17,607 nucleotides of DNA, from the NCBI GenBank assembly GCA_044358425.1, contig CP054849.1, positions 1,227,629-1,245,235 of the forward strand, read 5' to 3'. Shown here one piece after another: positions 1-7,198 of the stretch. The translations under genes were made by a program, and so were the position numbers. Numbering within the stretch: position 1 is the first letter of the stretch; the number at the start of each line of letters is the position of its first letter. The notes below the pieces were generated by a model. It had not been told where the DNA came from and did no database searches. It saw nothing but the letters and a program-made list of their open reading frames with translations. The DNA comes from Marine Group I thaumarchaeote. GTDB lineage: Archaea; Thermoproteota; Nitrososphaeria; Nitrososphaerales; Nitrosopumilaceae.

Positions 1-2386
1 CACTTGTCATGTGAAGAACTTGTTTATGTCTAGAGCCATCACGGTATACAGTCATACCTTTGAGTCCAAGTTCATGGGCTAACAAGTATGATGATTTGAC
101 ATCTTCAGCTGTTACATCATATGGCATGTTGATTGTCTTTGCAATTGCGTTTCCAATCCAATCTTGCCATACACTTTGAGCCATAAGGTGATCAGCCCAG
201 TGTATATCCATTGCAGTTACAAATACATCTTGCATCCATTGTGGAATTTCATCAATTCCACTCAATGAACCATAGTTGTCTGCAATCTTTTCAAGAATTT
301 CATCTGTGTAAAGACCTTCATTTCTAAGAGCTTCTTCAAGAATCTTATTTGTGTAAAAGAATCTTCCAACAGTTACTCTTTTCTCAAATACAAGTGCAAA
401 TGCCGGTTCCATTCCATTTGAACAATCTGCAATCATAGAAAGTGTACCAGTTGGTGCTACTGTAGTAGTTAGTACATTTCTAATTCCATGTTTTTTGATT
501 TTTTCAATCAATGGACCCCATTCAAATGAATGAGCACTTTTAGATTTTTCATAATATCCAGCTACTGGAATTTTACCTTCAGGATATTCAGTCTTGGAAC
601 ATAATGGGAACTCACCACGAGATGTAGCAAGTGCAACACTTTCTTCCATAGAATAGTAAGTTAGTGCTTCAGAGAGTTTTGATTGTAGTTCATATCCTTC
701 TTTGGAATTGTATGGAATTTTGAGTTTGTATAATAGATCTGCTACACCCATTACTCCCAATCCAATTCTTCGAGACTCTTTTGAGGCTACGTTGATTTCA
801 GGAACTGGATAATGATTTACATCAATAATATTATCCAAAAATCTTGTTGTTTTTCTAATGATTTCTTCATATCCTTGCCAATCAAATTCGTAAGAACCGT
901 CTGCTTGTTTTTGTGCATAGTTTACTAAGTTGATTGAGCCTAGATTACAAGACTCGTATGGGTAAAGACTTTGTTCACCACATGGATTTGTTGCTCTAAG
1001 TGGAGCCTGTCTTGCTTTAGCAAATACATTGTATTTGTTAATTTGATCAAAGAAGATCAATCCAGGTTCTGCACTTTTCCATGCAGATAATGCAATTAAA
1101 TCAATTAATTGATGTGCGTTAATTTCTTTGACGGGTTTTCTATCACGTGGACTTCTCAAGACATAATTTCCATCTTCAGTATTTACAAGTGCATTCCAGA
1201 AATCTTCCCAAATACCAACACTGACATTAAAGTTTTCTAAAACACCAGGTTCTGTTTTGTTTGTAATGAATTTTTCAACGTCTGGATGCCATGCTTCAAT
1301 AATTCCCATGTTTGCACCACGTCTTTTACCACCTTGTTTAACAACTTCAGTAACTGTATTGATGATGTTCATGAAAGATACTGGACCAGATGCAACACCA
1401 GAAGTTGATGCAACAATATCTCCTTCTTCACGAAGATCAGAATAATTGATTCCAACGCCGCCACCAGATTTGAAAATTAATGCAGCATCAGAAGTAGATT
1501 TCATAATCTCTTCCATGCCATCATTCATTCCAAGTACAAAGCATGCAGATAGTTGTCCTAATCTTCCACCAGCATTCATCATTGTTGGTGAATTTGGCAA
1601 AAAGTTTTGTGCGGTCATCATTTCAAAGTATTCAGTAATTCTATCAGAATAAACTTCAAGTTTTTTTGCTGCTAATAATGTCAAAAGATCTTTGAAACTT
1701 ACTTTCATTTGACCTTTGTTAGCAAGTGTGACATAATGATTGATTAAAGATCTAAAATGCCACTTGTTGAAGAAATAATCTCCTACTTTGAATTTATAAT
1801 CAAAAGCATCTAATTTTTCAAGATAAGATTTGGCTTCATCTACATCTTGTTTGTTATTACCAGATTTATCAAATATCTGAGAATCATATAGCATATCCCC
1901 AATTCCAACTAAAATTGCTACTCTCTCAAACATTTGTGTTGGAGTCTCGATAATTTCACTTTTTGAGTTTCTAAAGAGGTATCTTGAGGCTAAAACTCTC
2001 AAACAATTAAGATCAAATTTCTTTGAAACTGGATCCAATGATTTTAGGTTTAAAACTCTCATCTTCTCATCTCTGAGTTTTCGTCTTTCGTGTCTGTAAA
2101 CTATGTAAGATTTTGCGATATCACTATTACCACTATCAATCAAAGTTGATTCAACAATATCCTGAATATCCTCTACAGTTGGTGATTTTTCACTTGTAAA
2201 TCCCTGTTCAACAAGTTTGTTAAGCACTTCTCCTGCTAGTTTATCTGCAACACCACGGTCGGCTTTGGAGGTGGCGGCTAATGCCTGGTATATGGCATTT
2301 GAAATTTTATCTAAATCGAAAGCCGTAACTGTACCATTACGTTTACGGATCTCATTGATCGTATTTTCTATTTGTGAATTATCCAT
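1..2386 (-). CDS. nrdJ: Class II (adenosylcobalamin-dependent) ribonucleotide reductase with N-terminal ATP-cone; 3' end lies beyond the left edge of the window
   Basis: Absent from the ORF track (no stop in window); translated by hand in key segments. Starts MDNSQIENTINEIRKRNGTVTAFDLDKI (ATP-cone), then GQLSACFV (~1540-1560), RATNPCGEQSLYPYESCNLGSINL (~930-1000; thiyl Cys/Glu loop) and TVAPTGTLSMIADCSNGMEP (~405-465). ATG at 2386 is preceded by GGAGA; an alternative in-frame ATG lies at 2404. Class II rather than class I is inferred from the archaeal context and no beta-subunit gene in the window. Confidence 0.92.
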   Translation of the reverse strand, partial: MDNSQIENTINEIRKRNGTVTAFDLDKISNAIYQALAATSKADRGVADKLAGEVLNKLVEQGFTSEKSPTVEDIQDIVESTLIDSGNSDIAKSYIVYRHERRKLRDEKMRVLNLKSLDPVSKKFDLNCLRVLASRYLFRNSKSEIIETPTQMFERVAILVGIGDMLYDSQIFDKSGNNKQDVDEAKSYLEKLDAFDYKFKVGDYFFNKWHFRSLINHYVTLANKGQMKVSFKDLLTLLAAKKLEVYSDRITEYFEMMTAQNFLPNSPTMMNAGGRLGQLSACFVLGMNDGMEEIMKSTSDAALIFKSGGGVGINYSDLREEGDIVASTSGVASGPVSFMNIINTVTEVVKQGGKRRGANMGIIEAWHPDVEKFITNKTEPGVLENFNVSVGIWEDFWNALVNTEDGNYVLRSPRDRKPVKEINAHQLIDLIALSAWKSAEPGLIFFDQINKYNVFAKARQAPLRATNPCGEQSLYPYESCNLGSINLVNYAQKQADGSYEFDWQGYEEIIRKTTRFLDNIIDVNHYPVPEINVASKESRRIGLGVMGVADLLYKLKIPYNSKEGYELQSKLSEALTYYSMEESVALATSRGEFPLCSKTEYPEGKIPVAGYYEKSKSAHSFEWGPLIEKIKKHGIRNVLTTTVAPTGTLSMIADCSNGMEPAFALVFEKRVTVGRFFYTNKILEEALRNEGLYTDEILEKIADNYGSLSGIDEIPQWMQDVFVTAMDIHWADHLMAQSVWQDWIGNAIAKTINMPYDVTAEDVKSSYLLAHELGLKGMTVYRDGSRHKQVLHMTS

Positions 2387-2419
2387 TATAATATCTCCTA
2401 CCATAGTAGAAAAGTAGTA

Positions 2420-2432
2420 TCTATAAACTTTC
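2420..2432 (-). promoter_or_regulatory. Putative BRE/TATA box of nrdJ
   Basis: Minus strand reads GAAAG-TTTATAGA about 35-45 nt upstream of ATG 2386, matching the archaeal purine-rich BRE + TTTAWA layout. Confidence 0.5.
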
Positions 2433-2635
2433 AACAGAATTTGTTTGAAATTTTAGTTGAACATTCTTTACAACGCTCCAATGTTAATCGTAGTGGTACA
2501 AAATCATAAAATGTTAAACGAGTATCGCTTAATAAAATAGATGACAACAGACAAGTTAATAATTATTAGAACTTAGTCCATACTTTCATTACGATGATCG
2601 CATTTAGAATCGGAGCTTAATACAATGTATTATAA

Positions 2636-4804
2636 TTAGACAACATATGGGGATTTACATTTTGGACACTTGTCTTCAAATGGTTCATCCTTAAATCCAC
2701 ACTCACCACAAATAGAAGTTGCTCTTACAAGTTTAAAAGATGGCACTAGTTCTGCAGTTTTTTCAATTGATTTTTTGATGTCATCGACTTTCAAGTTTTT
2801 ATCAATATCTAAAGTAACAAGCAAGCCACCATTGAGTAATTTTGAGATTTTATTGGACTCAGAAATTATTTCAGATTTTGGAGTATATTCATCAATTTCT
2901 GAAGCATTAATCACAGTACCTTGAGAATAAAAGTCACTTTCCATAGAATTAAGACTAGAGTTTTTACCGTATTTTTCACCATCTAAAGTAGCAAAACGTG
3001 ATGAACCCTCTGTTTCAGTCATACAAATAGTCACATTGTCGCCTAATTCTTTACCCTTTTTGGCGCCAACATCAACTGCAGTTTCAATGACTTTGTGAAG
3101 CACAGCACGACCATCCTTATTGTCTTTAAACCCTAAAATGTTGAAAATAGACTCTCTAAGACCAACTAGATTTATGACCAAGGAGACAGAACTTCTTTGC
3201 ATATATTGAGTATTTTTAGCAAGAATAGGATTGAGTCCTCTTCTGGTTAAATCTGAGATTTCTTTCTTTCTAAGTGCCATTGAAGCCAATGCAGGTTTCA
3301 TTAGCAAAGCTAATCTTGCTCTAAAGTAAGTCTCATCTTTGTTTGATTCAAATGCCAATCTAGGAAGGTTAATGGAAACAGATTGCAAGTTAATTGCAAG
3401 TGAATTATTAGATTTTGAAGAACCATTAGTTACTCCGCTACTTGCAGTTTGACCTTTGGCAATCATTACTTTGCCACCAAGTAATAATATTTCAGAAATT
3501 GATTGTGATACATCAGTGATCTTTCCTTTTTCGTTATCAATTATCAAACCAATTTTTGGTATTGGTGTAATTGCAACATAATTTTTGTATGCATTAATAA
3601 TTGAATGAATTATTTTTGTATCAGAGCCTAGTTGTAATCTAATTGATATGTTTGTACTAGTTTTATTATATTTAGAAGTAGTAGAAGCAGTTGCAAATGT
3701 ATTAGTTAATTGTTCTTCTAGTTCTGAAAGTGATTTAGAATGTTTTGCAAACACTGCAACTAATCCATCTAAGACAACTTCCTTTGAAGCCTCTTTTGAT
3801 AAAAGTGAAATTAAAACAGACAAAGAAGTTGTAATTTCATTTAGTTGTTTTGAAGCATTGATTCTTGATACATCAAGATATTTTCCTCCAAGATCAAGTC
3901 CATCATCAAGTAATTCTTTTGCATTTACAAATATTGTATCAGGAATCATAGACCAAACTCCAGGATTTGAAATATGTATATCTCCAGATAAGTGATTGTC
4001 AGCTACATCTTTTGGTAAAACGTTTGTTAACAAATGTTCAGCAAATATTTTTTGACCAGTATTAAACAAAAGACCTTCAGCACCATTATCAACATTATCT
4101 AAATTAGAAACCATTTCTTGAACATCATAAACAGGCATACCTAGGCGTGCAAGTTTGTTTCTGTATTCCTCATGACCGTGTTCTAAAAGAACTGAATTTA
4201 CCATATCACGAATTACTGCGCCTGTAAGATAGGTGGTTTGATACTTGTAGATTCTGTTTTCAACTTCTTCGGTAATCTTTTGTGCTAATTCTAGTGGAAG
4301 ACTCCCTTCACGTACTAGTGATTGAATAATTTTATGAGAATTAAATTCTTCAATAGATTCGCCAGATGTTCTGACATACATTTTTCCACTTTCAATAATT
4401 GATCTTTCTTCAATTTGTCTGGCTAAACTTAAAACAAGTTTTCCAAGATTAGTGATTGTATAACGTCTTTCAGATTTGTTAAGTGCAACTAGTGATTGTC
4501 TAAGTAATTTTCTCAAGTGATATGCAAATTTTCCACTTTCTTTTTTAGATTTGAAACCAGCTAATGATTTTAGCTCAGAATATGTTAATGGTCCTTTAGA
4601 ATTTAAAATTCTAAGAATATCAATTCTATTAGGACTTGCCATGACAGAGAAGATCATTCTGACACGTTTTGATGTGGATTGTAAAATTCCACCACGTTTT
4701 GGATCAGAGTCGTCGTCGATATCAGAATCTAAATCTGCATCTAGATCATCATCATCAGAATCTAAATCCATATTCATTTCTAATTCTTCTTCGTTCATTG
4801 TCAT
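2636..4804 (-). CDS. ArsR-like winged HTH / ATP-cone / NrdD-like (class III RNR fold) fusion protein, predicted catalytically inactive
   Basis: wHTH: IFSVMASPNRIDILRILNSKGPLTYSELKSLAGF...KFAYHLRKLLRQSLV...YTITNLG. ATP-cone-like: YVRTSGESIEEFNSHKI...IRDMVNSVLLEHG. NrdD hallmarks: HLSGDIHI, VSINLPRLA, INLVGLRE, SRFATLD, and a C-terminal Zn ribbon CGECG...CPKC. The ORF track starts at TTG 4816; ATG 4804 or 4798 is more likely. Confidence 0.85.
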   Translation of the reverse strand: MTMNEEELEMNMDLDSDDDDLDADLDSDIDDDSDPKRGGILQSTSKRVRMIFSVMASPNRIDILRILNSKGPLTYSELKSLAGFKSKKESGKFAYHLRKLLRQSLVALNKSERRYTITNLGKLVLSLARQIEERSIIESGKMYVRTSGESIEEFNSHKIIQSLVREGSLPLELAQKITEEVENRIYKYQTTYLTGAVIRDMVNSVLLEHGHEEYRNKLARLGMPVYDVQEMVSNLDNVDNGAEGLLFNTGQKIFAEHLLTNVLPKDVADNHLSGDIHISNPGVWSMIPDTIFVNAKELLDDGLDLGGKYLDVSRINASKQLNEITTSLSVLISLLSKEASKEVVLDGLVAVFAKHSKSLSELEEQLTNTFATASTTSKYNKTSTNISIRLQLGSDTKIIHSIINAYKNYVAITPIPKIGLIIDNEKGKITDVSQSISEILLLGGKVMIAKGQTASSGVTNGSSKSNNSLAINLQSVSINLPRLAFESNKDETYFRARLALLMKPALASMALRKKEISDLTRRGLNPILAKNTQYMQRSSVSLVINLVGLRESIFNILGFKDNKDGRAVLHKVIETAVDVGAKKGKELGDNVTICMTETEGSSRFATLDGEKYGKNSSLNSMESDFYSQGTVINASEIDEYTPKSEIISESNKISKLLNGGLLVTLDIDKNLKVDDIKKSIEKTAELVPSFKLVRATSICGECGFKDEPFEDKCPKCKSPYVV

Positions 4805-4920
4805 GACTAAGATCAAGTATAGGAGTAAATAAGACTTATGACTAGAATGATTCTAATAAAAAAATACTACAATGTAAGAAAAAATATTAGAAAAAATTTA
4901 TAAAAAAGATCATGTTGTGA

Positions 4921-5082
4921 TCATTTTTCTTCTACATCAAGTGAAAATTCAGATGTAGAAAGCTTTTGTCCACAAGATGGACACTTACCATTAGTAGGAT
5001 TCAAAACATCTTTTAATGATTTTAGCATTTTCATATCTTTGATCTTTTCTCCACATTTTCCACACGTTATTTCTACAGACAT
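4921..5082 (-). CDS. Small zinc-finger protein (53 aa, CxxC...CPxCG)
   Basis: Not in the ORF track. Hand translation: MSVEITCGKCGEKIKDMKMLKSLKDVLNPTNGKCPSCGQKLSTSEFSLDVEKK*. It has two Cys knuckles and fills the intergenic gap on the same strand as its neighbours. Confidence 0.8.
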   Translation of the reverse strand: MSVEITCGKCGEKIKDMKMLKSLKDVLNPTNGKCPSCGQKLSTSEFSLDVEEK

Positions 5083-5151
5083 AAAATAATGATATTTTTA
5101 AAATAATTAAGAATCTATTCTGATTTTTTTTAATAATTCAAACAAATATTT

Positions 5152-5517
5152 TTACTGTTTTTCTATGATGATTCCTCTTTCATCAAAACCAGTGATTTTT
5201 GCTCTAGTTCCAACAGGTAAATCATCAGGAGTTGCAATTCCTCCCATAAATCCAGAAATTCTCAATTCTGCATCATCTAATTGAAGTACTACAAAAGCGT
5301 ATGGAGTATGTTTTTCAAATCCTGCAGGTGGTACTGTAATTATAGTATAAGTAGCAATTGAGCCTGTACCCTCTAAAATAGTGTCTTCAAATCCTTTACT
5401 TCCACATTTTTGGCAGTAATATACTGTGGATAAATGAAGATGACCGCAACTTGAACATTTGTGAGTTAAAACTTTACCTTCTTTTGCATTTTCAATCATT
5501 TGTTCTTCGACAGACAT
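5152..5517 (-). CDS. DUF35-family Zn-ribbon/OB-fold protein (acyl-CoA-binding thiolase partner)
   Basis: CSSCG...YCQKCGS Zn ribbon, then GSIATYTIITVPPAGF...PYAFVVLQL OB fold. The start was moved to ATG 5517, just after the thiolase stop, to avoid the overlap given by the ORF-track start at 5568. Confidence 0.9.
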   Translation of the reverse strand: MSVEEQMIENAKEGKVLTHKCSSCGHLHLSTVYYCQKCGSKGFEDTILEGTGSIATYTIITVPPAGFEKHTPYAFVVLQLDDAELRISGFMGGIATPDDLPVGTRAKITGFDERGIIIEKQ

Positions 5518-5518
5518 C

Positions 5519-6673
5519 TTACACACTCTGGAAAACATGTACTGCACAACTTGCACCAGTTGCACCAAAATTATGAGTTAAACCAACTTTAGCATCTTTC
5601 ACAGTTCTTGCACCAGCTTTACCAGTTAATTGATCATATACTTCAACTACTTGTCCAATTCCAGTTGCACCAATTGGATGTCCTTTTGATTTAAGACCAC
5701 CTGATGGATTAATTGAGATATCTGAATTTAATTTTGTTCTACCTTCACGAATAGCTTGTATACCTTGTCCTTTATCAAAGAAACCTAAATCCTCAGTGTC
5801 AACAACTTCTGCAATTGTAAAACAATCATGTACTTCTGCAAAGTCTACATCTTTTGCAGTAATACCTGCCATCTTGTATGCAGCTTCTGATGCAATCTTT
5901 GTACTTGGAATAGTTGTCATCTGTTCTCGTCCTTGTAATGCAGCAGGTGAACCACCTCTACCAGATCCAGTTACTTCAATGTAATCACCACCGTGTGCTT
6001 TTGCAAATTTTTCAGAACATAAAATTACAGAACTTGCGCCATCAGAAAATGGACAGCAATCATAAAGTTTTAGAGGACTAGCAACTACTGCAGAGTTCAT
6101 TACATCGTCAACAGTAATTTTTTTCTGCATGTGTGCTTTTGGATTTAAAACTCCATTATCATGATTCTTTACTGCAACTGCTGCAAAGTCTTCTTCAGTT
6201 GCATCAAACTCTGTCAAGTAAGCTCTTGCCATTGATGCAAACAATCCTGGAAACGATGCACCTGCTTGACCTTCATAAAAGAAATCAGAACAATATGCAA
6301 AGTAAGTTGTTGTCCATTCAGTTCCAGTGTGAGTTACTTTTTCAACACCAGTTGCAATTAGACAATCATAAAATCCTGCTGCAATATTTGCATAGGCTTC
6401 TCTAAATGATACAGAACCACTTCCACAAGCTGATTCAATAGTTAATGATGGTTTATCTGGAATTCCCAACCTACTCATCAAAACAGGACCAATGTGTACC
6501 TGCTTATCTGCAATTCCAAAAACGTTAGAAATGTAAGATGCACCAATCTCTTTTGGGTCAATTCCTGCACTTTCTATAGCTGCAACTGATGCCTGAGTAG
6601 TAATATCTGCAATACTATCGGCTAATTTTCCATATTTGGTGCTTCCAGCGCCAAGAACACAAACCTTTTCCAC
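5519..6673 (-). CDS. Thiolase (acetyl-CoA C-acetyltransferase family, archaeal/SCP2-like type)
   Basis: ESACGSGS (catalytic Cys), EVHDCF, NPSGGLKSKGHPIGATG, C-terminal HNFG, and adjacency to DUF35. GTG 6673 is preferred because TTTTTATAG (6695-6703, minus strand) sits at leaderless-promoter spacing from it. Confidence 0.93.
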   Translation of the reverse strand: MEKVCVLGAGSTKYGKLADSIADITTQASVAAIESAGIDPKEIGASYISNVFGIADKQVHIGPVLMSRLGIPDKPSLTIESACGSGSVSFREAYANIAAGFYDCLIATGVEKVTHTGTEWTTTYFAYCSDFFYEGQAGASFPGLFASMARAYLTEFDATEEDFAAVAVKNHDNGVLNPKAHMQKKITVDDVMNSAVVASPLKLYDCCPFSDGASSVILCSEKFAKAHGGDYIEVTGSGRGGSPAALQGREQMTTIPSTKIASEAAYKMAGITAKDVDFAEVHDCFTIAEVVDTEDLGFFDKGQGIQAIREGRTKLNSDISINPSGGLKSKGHPIGATGIGQVVEVYDQLTGKAGARTVKDAKVGLTHNFGATGASCAVHVFQSV

Positions 6674-6694
6674 AAAACACACTGACCAAAGTCC

Positions 6695-6703
6695 CTATAA
6701 AAA
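6695..6703 (-). promoter_or_regulatory. Putative TATA box of the thiolase-DUF35 operon
   Basis: Minus strand TTTTTATAG lies 22-30 nt upstream of GTG 6673, within a short divergent intergenic region. Confidence 0.5.
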
Positions 6704-6730
6704 TCGTTTTAGTAAATTCAACATCATAAA

Positions 6731-7198
6731 ATGCCAAGAAGAAAAAGTAAGCTAAAGACAGTTCAAATTAAGAAGATCACTGCCAGACATATAATAAAAA
6801 TTACAAAGTCAACAACAGAGGTTTTCAAAAAAGAGATCGCTCAATACTTAGACAATAATGGATTTCTATCATGGTCATCAAAAGAAAAAAAATACTTTCT
6901 TCTTGGAACAAATTCTCCTAAAAAGGGATTAGTTCAATGTCCACAGTGTAAAGTTGGAGAGTTAATGGTTATTCGATCAAGAACTACAAAAAAACGCTTC
7001 ATGGGTTGTTCAAATTTTTATGACGGATGTAAAGCATCATCACCGCTATTACAAAAAGCAAGAATGAGAGCAACAAAAAAACCATGTGAGGTTTGTAAGT
7101 GGCCAATGATTATTTTTCGTTATTCAAGAAATCAAAAATGGATTCATCAATGTTCAAATTTTAATTGTGAAAGTAGAGTTACTAAATCTTCAAAGTAG
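6731..7198 (+). CDS. Stand-alone topoisomerase IA-type C4 zinc-ribbon domain protein
   Basis: CPQCKVGELMVIRSRTTKKRFMGCSNFYDGC and CEVCKWPM...CSNFNC match two TopA C-terminal Zn-ribbon repeats. No TOPRIM or catalytic core; very basic. Start uncertain. Confidence 0.8.
   Translation: MPRRKSKLKTVQIKKITARHIIKITKSTTEVFKKEIAQYLDNNGFLSWSSKEKKYFLLGTNSPKKGLVQCPQCKVGELMVIRSRTTKKRFMGCSNFYDGCKASSPLLQKARMRATKKPCEVCKWPMIIFRYSRNQKWIHQCSNFNCESRVTKSSK

Noticed and set aside
1-2386. Intein or intron in nrdJ
   Set aside because: The NPCGEQ and SACFV regions are contiguous, and I saw no intein terminal or LAGLIDADG motifs in the parts translated.
2405-2635. Cobalamin riboswitch or replication origin (ORB) upstream of nrdJ
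   Set aside because: No B12-box or GC-rich stems recognised, and no repeated ORB-like boxes or cdc6/orc1 gene nearby; an Rfam scan would be needed to exclude it formally.
2636-4816. Calling this gene a functional anaerobic ribonucleotide reductase (nrdD)
   Set aside because: No glycyl-radical loop after the Zn ribbon, no finger-loop Cys and no nrdG in the window, so the gene symbol was withheld.
2636-4816. Calling the NrdD-like gene a pseudogene
   Set aside because: The 726-codon frame is uninterrupted and keeps the structural motifs and all four Zn ligands; the losses are specific to catalysis.
1257-4832. Plus-strand ORFs 1257..1445, 1446..1652, 2217..2417, 2670..2924, 3648..3995, 4551..4832
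   Set aside because: Antisense shadows of well-supported minus-strand genes, with no recognisable motifs.
5518-5568. N-terminal extension of DUF35 overlapping the thiolase
   Set aside because: ATG 5517 directly follows the thiolase stop and gives a normal-length DUF35 protein.
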